The notes beneath the pieces were generated by a model. The model did no database searches and was not told the origin of the DNA. It was given only the letters and a program-made list of their open reading frames with translations. This document shows, piece after piece, positions 12,426 through 24,933 of a stretch of DNA of 64,000 nt. The first letter of the stretch is position 1; the number at the start of each line of letters is the position of its first letter. A program made the position numbers and the translations under genes. This DNA is from Lingula anatina (Eukaryota; Animalia; Brachiopoda), in assembly GCA_051362555.1 (NCBI GenBank), contig CM120645.1, positions 8,990,001-9,054,000 on the forward strand, read 5' to 3'.

Positions 12426-15400
12426 ATTCTTTGCCAGAACCATCAACAGAAAGGAGACTACTGCAGAGCATTAACATCTCTGCAGTACAAAGATGTGTTC
12501 AGACGAACCAGATACAAGGTAAACAGTTAGATGATGGTATACTTTTGGTGCTTTTTTTCCCTTGAAGTACTGTATATAGACATGTAAACCTCAGTGCAAA
12601 GTATTTTAATACGGCTTATTCGACTGTACAAGTTACTAAAGGGTACATCAGTGGTTGTTGTATATATATATATATATACTGGTGCATATATTGCATTTCA
12701 TAATTCTTTTTTTTTTTTTTATTGTTGTTATTGCTGTTGCCATTCATTTTTTTTTTTTTTGATTGGTTGAAAAGAAAACCCGTGTGCAAGTTCGCTTATG
12801 TCTGTGATTTAATGCAAAACATCAACCGGTGATGTACAAAATTTGCAATTTCTATCGGAGTAATTTTTACATGGAGGAAAAAACCAAAGCTTGTATGAAT
12901 TTCCATCGGAGTTATACTGTTATTGTCAGGGTAGTCACGCAGTGAGGGTGAAATATGCGAATCTATTAACCAGTTGTCCAAATTGCTGACTAAACTCCCA
13001 GCATTTAATAGTAATGAAAAGACAAAACCGAGGCATAGACTCGAAGGAGACAAGTTTACGAGTTCGTCAAGGTATTTTACATTATGCATTAAGTGGGTTG
13101 CATTGAAAATCTAAAACCAGCATAAAAGCGTTTTTTTTTTTTTTTTTGTGCAATATATGATGTTTATGAATGATGTTATCAGCGCCCTTATCTTTGAGTC
13201 TTCGGCTTCGGGAACAGCTGATGTAAAGTTTTCACCATGTCACCAGCGTCAAGGACCTCTGTCGTGGGTGCCTAGAAACCACCATCTCCTCATATTTTGA
13301 TTGTTGCTCAGAATGTCGTGATATTTAATGGCATTTGGGCACCAATCAGAGCCTGAAGGAGACACCAGATCGTCATGAAGCACCCCGGCGACGCGTGGCT
13401 GGAACGTACCGTGATTAGTCCGTTGTTCTTAGCTAGCTCTGTGGATCATTGGGTGAGCAAAGTGTTTTTTTTCCAAGGTGGGTCTATATAAACTGAGCAT
13501 AAACACAAACCGCCCCCATTAAACGCGTTACTTTTAAATTTTTTATCAGCATTATGGGTTACTGTATAAATATATCAAATTATACAAGGTGAATGTTGTT
13601 GTTCAATGTGTTACTGATTACTGTCCATGCTGTCAGTATACCTACAGCTTGCTGTCCGGAGCCCATTACATTGCATAAATAATTCACATGGGGATTTATA
13701 TATTTGCTCAGTGTAGAACAAGATTGTTTTGGGATAAATAATATTTTTGGAGTCGGATAAGTTGCTGATTTTGCTTAAGATGCCGTAAAAGAAAAAAATA
13801 CAAGGAATATGGATTTTATTGAAGAAAAACGAAGACGGTCGCTCTGAAACCGTACACACCGCTTTATTTCAGATAGTTTCCGGGTTTTGATATTTTGTCG
13901 AAAAGGAAAGCAATGTCACATCGTGTTCTTCTAAGAAGTGCCAATGTACAGTAAAGGTTGCGTGTGGTTTGGCAAAAAAAAAAACTGTCTTGTCCCAGAT
14001 TTTAACTTAAAAGATAATGTGACTTGTGATGAATGAGTAGTAAAAAGTATAGCTGTCAGGTCAGCGACAATCCAATCAATTGCAACAGTACGATGTTAAT
14101 ATATCTTATTTGATCTCATATCTAAGTTTTAAGATTTAACGAGACTTATTTGCATTTTCAGTTTGTCCGTATTATTGCCATCATCAAAAACGTGTAAAAA
14201 TCTGAAGTAGGAAGGTAGAGGCATTAATTCGATACAAGCCATGCAATGTAAAAAATACGTTCTTGTTATAGTCGTGCAATTTGACAATGACTCTCATGCA
14301 ATACCAGCTACTTTAAATCGATACTTGGCCTGTGGTTTGACACTGCTGCGCATACGTATATTTTGTTGTGATCACTGGATCTTATGACAAACAATAAGGC
14401 AAAATCGCATAACAATTAAATATAACCGCTGACAGTTATGATAATAAAAATTCCTAAAAACACGGTGATAACAGTTCAACCATTTTGTTTAAAGCATGCC
14501 TACCGAGCCATCACTCAACAGTTTTGCATCATGTGACTGATTGCGTGGGCAACGTGCCGCAGGACAGGGTGTTAATTGAAATCCACTTTGGTCAACACGT
14601 CTAAATCAACTCTACTATATCATACACATTTTACAGATGTACGCCATAGTGGTAGAAAAAGTGGACGGTGAATCAATAACAGTGAAATATTATCCTTGCG
14701 TATTTCTTTCGGAGAACGTTGACTGTATACCCATGCTAATATATTCGCGGAGTCCTCGTAGACGTAAGATTACGGGATATTAACCGTTCGATCATTGACA
14801 TCAGTAGAGAATCTGCGGTCTTGTGTTCACCGTTAGTTGCAATTCTTTTCTAAATTTTGATAATGTCTCAATTTTTCGCCCCTAGAACAAAAATGAAAGA
14901 ATTAGGGGGGGTAAATATTTCTTTATTTTTCTGTTTTTTTTCTGTTCATGATAGGATGTGCAGTGCGCTGGGAATTAAGATCATGCGATATTCATTCTGA
15001 CTGTTAGATCAATGACACCACTCGGAAATCATTGACACCAGTACAATGGAATCTTGGTTTTACCGTTGTTTGCTACGCTTGTTTGTTCTGTGAGAGTATA
15101 CATGTACTAGTACAGTCAAACACAGCGACGAAAGGGGGATTTCTTATTTCTTTTTGGATTTAGTGATGTTCTATTTTTCATTGTCCTATTTGTTTTATAA
15201 GAAATCCATTTCAAATATTCAACTTAATATTTTTTATGGTGAAATAGGTTTTTCACCAGCTCTCAATCGCGTAAAAATAGTGACATTGTAAACCATTTCA
15301 ACTGAGACGAAGCGTTTTTATTTCCAAAACGTCATATCACCTAAGTCAAAGCACTTTCTAGCTCTTTCCAAACGATTAATTTTTACCATAAAATTTTAAC

Positions 15401-16284
15401 ATTTCTTGTTATTTAATGTGCTTAATATCTAAGTGGGAATTGCTCCACAAAATTCACCGTGCAATGACTTATTAAGCAGAAATCTTTAGTGACAAATACC
15501 TTAACACATAAGCTATGTTATCATGGACGTAACATCTAACAGCCTCAACTAAATAAGCGGCACATGCGTTGTATGACAAAGTTTGCACTGTATTTTCTAT
15601 CACGTCTCCAGTCTTCGTATCAATACTCACTCGTTGATGTTTCTGGGTTATGACATGGTACACTAACCTTTCAAAATATCAAAATATTTGTCATAATAAG
15701 GTACCCTTATTTATAACCAATGTCAAACAAACCGAAACGCTGTGTTTAACATTTTCACTCACGGGCCCTTTTCATGGGGGTTATTCCATTAAATCCCCCC
15801 ACAGTAATATGAAATGTTCATTCAGAACGCTGCGACCGTGTTTATTTTGCGGCAACTTACGTTCAAAGTTAGAAGCAAGCGGTTGTTATTGTTTCTTTGT
15901 GCGCATTGTAATACAAGGAAAATCGTGTTGGTGAAATGCAAACAACGGCGCTACTCAGCTCAAACAAGCAGCAACATTGTCCGTTTTTGATTAAGGCAGG
16001 CATGGTTATGCCTCTACCGTTTTGGACGTATCATTACCATGGCGCAATATACGGTGACTGAAAATATGTACAGACAGATGAATAGAGAGGTCTCATTTGC
16101 TCCCAACAAAGCGATTATAATAGGAGGTATTCAGGTGCGTCAAAACCTACGACCCTTTCACGAAACGAGCCTGCTGCCCATTCGGAAAATTTATGAGTGG
16201 ATATACCTAATGTGCTGTTTCTGTGTTAGATTTTTCATCCTAATTTATTGCTGGTTGTGCGTGATATTTTATAGCTTAAATAAA
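12423..16284 (+). other. Putative spliced non-coding/small-ORF host transcript of miR-315
   Basis: Candidate exon 12423-12518, intron containing the miRNA hairpin, acceptor TTTTACAG| at 14636, AATAAA at ~16279. Further exon-like segments upstream (donor at ~9348; 10850-10904 bounded by CAG| and |GTAAGT). No long ORF. Boundaries are inferred. Confidence 0.35.
13285..13362 (+). ncRNA. mir-315: microRNA miR-315 precursor hairpin (mature 5p ~13295-13317)
   Basis: 13295 TTTTGATTGTTGCTCAGAATGTC: the first 19 nt equal canonical miR-315 (UUUUGAUUGUUGCUCAGAAAGC, recalled from memory). It pairs with 13330-13351 GGCATTTGGGCACCAATCAGAG (one mismatch, one bulge, several G:U). Lower stem TCTCCTCA/TGAAGGAGA; ~12-nt loop. 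Confidence 0.92.
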
Positions 16285-16747
16285 ATGTAGTTATTATTGA
16301 AATTAATGTGTGGGGATAATGAAATTAATGCGTCGCATTGAGGTTAGATGATGCACTTTCAATTCAAATTTGATTTGAAGAAGAAAAAGGAGATTTGAAG
16401 TATGTGTAATTTATTGTAATGGGAAACATCATCGAGTTTCTATTTCTTACTTACAAATGGTAATGTCTAGACCTAATGGCAAACGAAGCTTATGGTATCA
16501 TACGGGGATTACTTTTTAAACTTATTAAAGTAAAACCATGTTAAATTAAATGTTATGAAAAAATAGGCCAAAATTATGATTTGAACTAGATATTTAGATT
16601 GCAGAGAAGCAGAAAAGTCATACCAAATTGCAAAGAGATAAAGTAAATGTAAAAACTAGTTTACCTAGAGGTTTACGCAGTGCACAAAATGTAATAAAAA
16701 TAACTGGTCCAATCAAAAATTGCGTGTGTTCTTTGTTTTGATGCATG

Positions 16748-18420
16748 GTTCTTTGCACACCGAAAATGCATTAGATTTCCAAAATATTCTAAAAGCCGAC
16801 ATTAGAGATTTATATTGCCCAATAAGATAATAGGGATTTTTGACTTATAGTTATTATCTGTCCTCAAAGAAAAAAAGACCTTTATCACTAAATTTAATAA
16901 CACAATTCTGTAGCCTTTCTACCATTTTACGTAAGACATCGATAAACACGCTTCCCAGGTAACGCTTTAGTTTTTCTTACACGTCACAGACACGTAACAT
17001 TTCGGTGCAGCGTTAGGACCCGTTATTTTGATATCCAATATTGAAACTCTAAGAAAGGCCGCCACCAGTACCACCTTTGACCCGACGCGCAAATATTTCA
17101 ATCATCTTTTGTTGCTGTCCGATTATTTTTAGAAGAATGATAGTGAGGTCATTGCATAATCATATACAGCAAAAACCTTTACATACTCCGAGGTTATGTA
17201 TCACCCTTTACTTTCATGTGTATTTTCTTTTTATAGATACCCTTCCAAGCGTGTGCAAGGCTATAAAAGAGAGAAAGTGCCATTTTATATCAAAGAGAAC
17301 CACCAAACGCTTTCCACACGGTTAACTGTTTATTTAACGACCCACGAGTCCTTGGTTAGGGAGCGCCAACTTTTCACCCTTTGTGCTTGACCAAGGCGGC
17401 GAGGGGAGTTGCCTTGTTTTGTTTTGTTCTGGCATCGAGACCCCTCCAGCCGGCCAAACGCTATGTCCAGCCCTGCTCCAAGCCACCTGGGCCAAGAGCG
17501 TTTTTATTTCTTTGCACTTAAGTGACCTGAGATGTTAGAAGCATTTGTACTTATTGCCACATTAAGCATTATACAATCAGGCAACACCTTACAGGGTAGA
17601 AGAGAGAATCTCAGCGCATGTTATCTCCCCGACGAAAACAAGACCAAAACACAATACATTAACACCTTTACGTGCTCGAACTGCTTAAAGGATCACCTAA
17701 GCTCTTTTTCTGCTCGAACAAATAAAAAGCAAAATTTCAATAGTTGATATGAAACTCCTCATTCATGAAAATGACGAAGTTTAAGGTAATGATAATGGTT
17801 AACGCACGATAAGAATAAAAGGTAAACAGATACACGTACATGTAGCTTACTGTACATTCGAGGCATTTCATTGATAATATCTGACCTATCAATTGTGTGG
17901 GTCGACCCAACTACCACATTCACAGTGTCCGCTTGTAGTCTGTTACAGAATCATATATATATATATATATACCTTAATTGTGTATACTGTTTTAGAGGGT
18001 CCTGATATCAGGGGTTATCTTATATTTAAAAAATAGTTGTTGCCTCACATGCAAACACGTCACTATTAGCAATGGCATTTTCTTATGCCGATTCTTTCTT
18101 GATATCTCTGCGCTTACTAAGAAGATGCTGTACTTTAAAAGTATCTCCCGTTTTATTTTAATTTTTATTTCTTTATTTCTTTATTTCTTTATTTGCCTGT
18201 AATACGTTTAATTTAAGTGATCTTATTTCTGAAGGGTTCTTTTCTCTAAGATTTTTGTGGACTTTTTTTAATCCTCTTTTTCTTTGCGCACCGAAAATGC
18301 AGTAGATGTCCAAAATTGTTCTAGCCTAAAACCTGACAATAGAAATGTATATTTCCAAATAAGATAGTAGGGATTTTTGACTTATTGTCTGTCCCCAAAG
18401 AAAGAAAAAGACCGTCATCA
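16748..18420 (+). repeat. Two dispersed copies of a ~140-bp degenerate repeat (~16748-16890 and ~18281-18420)
   Basis: Shared TCTTTGC(A/G)CACCGAAAATGCA.TAGAT.TCCAAAAT...AATAAGATA.TAGGGATTTTTGACTTAT...AAAGACC. Confidence 0.65.
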
Positions 18421-20184
18421 CCATACTAGTACACTGTACGTGCGGAGACAGGTCTGATTCTATATAATGGCTTCTATAGCACACACATACAATCTATTAT
18501 AATGCCTACGCTTACCTGGTATGTCTTTTAAGAGTAAAATGTAATGAGATGTCATGAGCTCAAAATATTGAAAAAACTGTTATAAGATAAATTACCTGTC
18601 GGTGTGTTCGTGCGCACGCGCGTTTGTGCGTCCCTAACTTTTCACCCCCCCCCCCCACACACACACACACCAGCCTCTTTTATATCTTCCTTCTACCTGT
18701 GACAAAACAGCATAATTACTGCAGCTATAATTGTATTAAAGCACATCAACACACACAAAGCATATAATATTTTATTTTCTTAGGATGCTTATTACAGTGC
18801 AGCCTCGTGTATTGGTGGCTCCCTACTACCATTATAGCAGGTTGGAAATACTGTATTACAGCAAAATCTACTTATTATCTTAACATATGGATCACATTCG
18901 TTTATATACGCCTTTTGCAATTGCCTAAAATATGACCGTTATACCAATTAAACTAGCGCTACAAGCGTATCATAAGCACACCAGCTCGAGAATCTGCCTT
19001 ATGTCTATCTGATGCGAACCCATACATTCAATTGCATTGATTAAGTAAGTAACAAAGTCAGTAGTGTCGATGAAAACCTAAAGCACTTTATGGTACAGGT
19101 GCTGTTGCCATTGCTTGATTGCTTGCATGTATCTCAACAAACGCAATGGGGGATAGGCAGTAGAACATCAGTACTCCCTACTATGTGATTTGTGCTGAGG
19201 GAGAAACAAAACTAATACGCTCTACATGTATATGCCTAGGAACAATGTATTAAAAGGGATAACAACTGTTCGTTTTGGCCCCAAAATTGATTTTCTGGGG
19301 TAAACAACAATTTTCCCATATTCACCAATGGCTAATGAATCAATTCCGACATTCAAAATTAGTCCATTATTTTTTCCTAAAAAGTTTGTATTTTTTGTAA
19401 TAATATCTAAAGAGAATATTACGGAGGTATAACCTCCTATGAAGGTCCACGTGGTCTGATGGCAACAACTTATTAAAGAATCACTGCGATACCCGCTTCT
19501 ATGAGATGTTTACTATGCCTCTACATGAATCTCATACGAGCAGTTGCTATCTCTTTAACTATGTGATTATTTCTCTGTTCTCCGTTGTAATTTCCTATAA
19601 AAATAAAAATAAAATAAAATAAAATAAAATAAAATAATAATAATAATAATTGTTGCTGTAGCAGTGTACAATAACGTTAAAAAAGGCTAAGTTTCAACGG
19701 TACAGGTGCGTGTACGAGTATTTGGTAGTGACAATGCTTTCCAAGAAGAAGGCTGCGATGGCAAAGTTCACATGTAGGTTCACTGTACATGTATGTGTCT
19801 ACTTATCAATTTTTACAACAAACTAAACAAAATATTTGCATTTACAATTCGTGTGTTTACGTACGTTATTTACATTTAAGTAGTAAAAATCAGAGGTTAT
19901 ATACATGGACAAGGTAGCACCCATAAAACGCTTCAGTATCAAATGGATTAAATGTGCTGCGACGCACGCTGCACATGTTGAATTTTTGATTTATATATCC
20001 AAAACAGTTGTACACTCTTCCCCACCCCTTCCACAAATCAGTAATAATATGAAATGTTTGTCATTGAATTATTTACAAATAAATCACCAGGCTCAATTGT
20101 TATCTTGGTATCTTTTTGTCTGAGTAACATATAAAAGTACAAAAACAAGAAAGTTTCAGCTCCATCACTGGGGTATTAGTCTAA

Positions 20185-20401
20185 GAGGGCATTCCCAGAG
20201 ATTTAGATCGATCTTACTAGATCGACCTAACTCCCTGGGGGTTCACGCTAAATTGCAGTCAGCCGACCAGGCACGGAAGTTTTAATTACCCCCTTACACC
20301 TTGTAGTAGGCGGGACGGACATTTAAGCCGGATTATCTGACAGTAATCTAGTGAGACTCCCCACAGGGATAGATCGATCTAAAATCTATGGGAATGCGCC
20401 C
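20185..20401. mobile_element. MITE family 2 (Harbinger-like), copy 1
   Basis: Termini G.G.GCATTCCCAGAGATTTAGATCGATC / GATCGATCTAAAATCTATGGGAATGCGCCC with TAA on both sides. Homologous copy at 54290-54496. Confidence 0.8.
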
Positions 20402-20674
20402 TAAATCATATATGTACACATGTGCCGGTGTAGGGAGACAGAGAGTCCAACCATGATAGAGATTGTTCGCTTCCCATTATTTGCACCTGTAAGATGAATC
20501 TATAAGATTTTGATTTCGCCCTAGATTTTGACCCACTTAGGTCAGACTAACCCTCACCACTGTAATTACAGTATATGAAGGGCAGACTTTCTGTTACGCG
20601 GACCCTCAGTTTCGTAACACCGGTACATGTACTCATACAACACTATGAAGGTTATATACAAAATGAACATTAAC

Positions 20675-20943
20675 TTAGAACAGACCAAAAACGCTGATGA
20701 AAAACGCTAGAATGGTGACCTTAGTGTGGAGGACAGAGCCTCGATTACATAGGCTAGTATCGCAGTAACATTCGTGATTCTCGGTCCCCGAGATCCAAGG
20801 CATGGCGCCTGTGTTTGGTCCACTCCGGGATCCGCTAAACGCAGTGCTGCCACTTTTGTATTTATATAAGCAGCCGTTTATGTATGACCATCTTCCTGAA
20901 GTATCACAGCCACGTTCGATATATGTTGATCCTGAAAGTGAAT

Positions 20944-21004
<61 letters not shown>

Positions 21005-21902
21005 AATGGCTTCAGACGTTTGGAAGTTCAGAGATAGCTGTTGAAAGGCATGAGCCAACAGATCCTATATGACTTTTTCGTAAGAGCAAGCACTACATGT
21101 ACGACCAATCTTAACCTGTAATGATCATATGGGACCTTCAACTTCCATTCCTAGGACTACCATTCCTGCCACACCGGCACCAGCGAAAGACAACCGCAGA
21201 CGCCCAAGACGTACATGTGCTTGGATATGCAACGCCAGGCAATTGGCAGGAAACTGCAAACAACTGTGCAGACAAATCACGTGACAGAAGGATACGTCGT
21301 TCCCAGTCTGTCAAATTAGACTGTTAGAAATCCAATAACACCATCTTATAAACCGTACAAACCCCATTCTCTCGATATATCGACAATCGTGAAACCAACG
21401 AAAACATATCTACTGTGATCTATTCTCTATATGGACTCCTTACCATCTTGTAATCGTTTCCACTTCTTACATCGGACACAGGTCATGGTCGTGGTCAGGT
21501 TAAGTCCACTGAAAGGGTCATCCCCACAGTCTGGGTGGTCACGGCTGTTGCAATGATAGCACAGTACCGCAAACGCTGTAAAGAGACCATTTTATGTGAT
21601 TAAGTATTTCACAGGCAGACAGATAGATAAAAATGTGGACAGATTAACAGACAGACAAGAGGTCAGAAGATATTGGATGGGCGAATCAAAAGCATGAAAG
21701 GGGATAAAAAGAAAGCAAAATTTGACCCACTAATTTTCTAGGCTTCAAGTACACGCAACTAAGCAAAATGAAGAGTCTATTAACATACTCAAAATGTGTG
21801 AATTCGAAAATCGATTCCAATTTGAATTAAATTGAAATGCTACTTACCAACGTTTATGATGGTGAGAAACAACAATATTGACAAAACCTGTCTGGCTGAC
21901 AT
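20675..21902 (-). CDS. Ly6/uPAR (three-finger) family protein, quiver/sleepless-like, predicted signal peptide and GPI anchor (147 aa)
   Basis: Exons 21902-21848, 21575-21444, 20931-20675, all GT-AG and phase-consistent. Protein: MSARQVLSILLFLTIINVAFAVLCYHCNSRDHPDCGDDPFSGLNLTTTMTCVRCKKWKRLQDGSTYIERGCDTSGRWSYINGCLYKYKSGSTAFSGSRSGPNTGAMPWISGTENHECYCDTSLCNRGSVLHTKVTILAFFISVFGLF. Ten Cys, LCYxC start, terminal CN motif, hydrophobic C-terminus. Confidence 0.88.
20948..21000. repeat. (AT)n microsatellite just inside the intron preceding the last Ly6 exon
   Basis: ~26 AT units; it creates the IYIYIY ORFs in the track. Confidence 0.95.
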
Positions 21903-22269
21903 TGTTCAAATTTCTTTGGATACCTAAAATCAGCAACATATAATGTTCTTAGATAATCTGAAATAAAATATGTTAATTTTTTTTTTTTTTTTTTTTTTGT
22001 AATTCTACAAAGATGGCAGTCTTCGATGAAAACATCGCCGAACCAGTTTTTTATTTATTCATTTATTTATCGCACTTTTGACAGTTTATAGGTGAATACG
22101 TCTAATAACATTGGAATGCGGAACAATCTTTTAATAAGTATTACGCCTACTTGTATACGCGAGGATGAGCCACCACACATTAATACGAATCTGAATTTAA
22201 CATTGGTTTTTGCTTTTTAAAGCAATTTTACTGAAAATAATAAATCTTAATAAAATGAGTACATAACAT

Positions 22270-22270
<1 letters not shown>

Positions 22271-22300
<30 letters not shown>
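22271..22300. repeat. (CT)n microsatellite
   Basis: 15 CT units. Confidence 0.95.
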
Positions 22301-22302
<2 letters not shown>

Positions 22303-22841
22303 ACCTGATATTAAGCCTATGATCATTTCCAATACATCAAACTGTGCAAACACCCTCCCCGCGATTCCCTGTAACAGCCAGTACACTACATGTAGATACA
22401 TGAAGATAGCAGTTTCTAAGAGATATTGGTACAAAAGATCCTACAGTTTAACAACTGAATGCAGGCATATTACATTCCCAACAGGCGAGAAGCAAAAAAA
22501 CCCAACGGACGAGCAACAAGAACAACCCTTGTCAAAACGCCGCACGCTGTCTACCTGTATTGACAGTGATCTATATAATCCACAAGCTGGCATATTCTTA
22601 TCTCTTAAAGGTCGCGGAGAATACAGTATGTGATTGATCAGCTTTCTGTATTTGATCACGATATATGACAATAACTTTTCGTAATGTGTTTAAGACGTTG
22701 ACAGGTACGACACGTACATCAAATATACGCGTATGACTACCAGTATTTGTGTCAGCAAAGATTACTAGCACAGTGCAGCTTGGCGCGATAACTATTATGC
22801 TGTTGCGTGTACAGATACATTAAATTATAAAATATACTCAC

Positions 22842-22960
22842 CTTAGAACCACAAGGCAAAAACAGTCCAGTAAAGACCAATGATTTCTCTAACTGCGCAA
22901 AAGTTGTAATGACACAGCGTCAATATATCCGGACTCTATTGACACACGGTGTATTTATGG
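22842..22960 (-). promoter_or_regulatory. Probable non-coding first exon and TATA-like box of the Ly6 gene
   Basis: Minus-strand donor AAG|GTGAGTA at 22842/22841, CATAAATA at ~22959-22952, and acceptor TTTTAG| just upstream of the ATG exon (~21923). Confidence 0.5.
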
Positions 22961-23559
22961 AATGTAGGTCACATCACGTCGAAAAGGTTGACCTAGTTAA
23001 GATGTCACAGGTACACTAAAACTTAAGGTGAGGGTCACGGTCACGTACACTGTAATACCGTAAACATGCCCTTGTCTCAAAAACAAGTCCGGTCTGAATG
23101 TTTGTGTTAATTGTTCATGCATGTTGACATATTAAAGTGTGCGTCACTTAAACATGTACCTGTAGTGTATAATGAAACTATATATAGAAAATAAAATTTA
23201 ATATATTGTATGGGTACATGTATAATGAATAACTGCTTTCAAACTATTCTATCACCAAATTTTATCAACTTGTACCTTGAAAAAATATTCAGAAAAGTCA
23301 AAGATATGAAAGGTGAGAATATAGGAGGAAGCAACATAAACTACACGTGGCATATGTTGAAACTAAACAAAGGAAAATAAAATACGCTCAGGAAAATGTA
23401 AACGTGCCCCATGTGAATTATTTATGCCACATTTAATGGGCTATGGACAGCAGTCACAAAAATCACTTTGTTTGATTTGATATATATATTTCCCATAACC
23501 CTGATGACATTTTTAATTATTTCGCGTGGCGTTAAGATAAATACCGGTATTTTTGTCCC

Positions 23560-24010
23560 GTGTATTTTGTACATGCATAATGAACAACGCTGGAACCACG
23601 GCGTGGTTTCCACTGCTGAGGTCGGATGCGATCTGTACCAACGATATGGTCGAATTGGAGATCGCTGACCTCCTGGAGAGGCCTGGTACGAAGCATTTGC
23701 CAGCCTATAGAGATTAAAGACGTTGGAATCGAGGATCTGTTTTAGTTCCAAAGTCACGTTGGAGCCAATACCACTGACAACTCCACAGGCAGTCATCGAA
23801 GGAAAAATGAACCACACCAAATGCCGGAATATTCTGGAAACCTCCTGCCTCCCATTTGCTGGAGGACACCACAGGAACGATTTTATTCTACAAGATGACA
23901 ATGCCAGTCCACACAGAGTTGTGATTGCAGATTACTTGTAGAACCAAATAAGGAACTGAGCGGCTACCGGGGGTATTAAGATCGCCAGGTATGCACCCGT
24001 ATAGAAACTG
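23560..24010 (+). mobile_element. Degenerate Tc1/mariner transposase remnant
   Basis: ORF 23723..23941 contains VIEGKMNHTKCRNILETSCLPFA...FILQDDNASPHR, the Tc1 'QDNA.PH' second-Asp motif. Flanks are decayed and boundaries approximate. Confidence 0.7.
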
Positions 24011-24499
24011 TGACCATGAATCAACGGTATACTGGTCCTAGGCAATTCTGAACCAGCTATATTCCGGTCGAATATTTTCCCGCCCAAACACTGGGAAACC
24101 TGTTTGAAGGAATGCCTCGCCGTGTTTTGGGAAATTAGTCCAATGAAAATGTTCACACTGTATTTTAGAATAATTTCACAGAAATAAATGTAAACATTGA
24201 AAGTTATGCCCAAATAATAATAAGCTTCGATTCTGAAATAAAAACACAAATAAAAATATATATCAATTATCAGTACCTACGTATTTGATAAAGTATGAAA
24301 AATGTTCAACTATTATGAGAAATAAGATGAGCCCTCTAAGCAAAAACAAGTCATGTTAGATGCATAATCGCGCTGCCATGGCTCCTGACCACCCCCGACA
24401 ACGTGCGAGGCACTATGACTTGGTAATGGAAGAATATACCAATACTATGCTATAGTACAGGTACAAGCATCATTGCAACAGATGAGATTAGTCCACGTG

Positions 24500-24760
24500 G
24501 TCCATTTACAAAGAATGACAAATGACAGCTGTTCAAGACTTTACGACAGCTGAGATTGTAACAGGTGAGATTGTCCTAATTGACAACTGATCCACACACA
24601 AATGACTGTTGGAGGCTTCACCGCAACTAAAATTGCAACGGGTGAGATTGACACAACCAACAACAGATCGACATGGGTCATTTACAAAAGTTGACAAATG
24701 ACTGCTTGAGACTTTACCACGGCTGAGATTGCAACGGATGAGATTGTCACAATCGAGGAT
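24500..24760. repeat. Degenerate short tandem repeat (~80-bp unit, ~3 copies)
   Basis: Recurrent ACAAATGAC...ACTTTAC..C.GCTGAGATTG(C/T)AAC.G.TGAGATTG. Confidence 0.6.
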
Positions 24761-24785
24761 ATATCTAAATGGTCAATTAACAACG

Positions 24786-24933
24786 CAGGCCCGTAGCCAG
24801 GGGGGTTCGCCCCTTTAGCTGGGAAAAGGTCCACTCTGGGTAAAATTTGATCTAGGTACATAATTTTTTATGGGAAAAGGTCCACTTTTTCAGAAAAAGA
24901 ACCCCCCTTTTGAAATTGCTGGCTACGGGCCTG
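24786..24933. mobile_element. Small MITE with 15-bp TIR and 5-bp target duplication
   Basis: CAGGCCCGTAGCCAG...CTGGCTACGGGCCTG flanked by CAACG on both sides (24781-85, 24934-38). Confidence 0.8.

Noticed and set aside
20902-20920. TATCACAGCCA resembles the miR-2 family 5' end
   Set aside because: It lies antisense within the Ly6 coding exon (GGC TGT GAT) and has no hairpin.
20802-21072. ORFs with IYIYIY runs, including the N-terminal part of ORF 20675..21058
   Set aside because: They are translations of an intronic (AT)n microsatellite; only 20931-20675 is a real exon.
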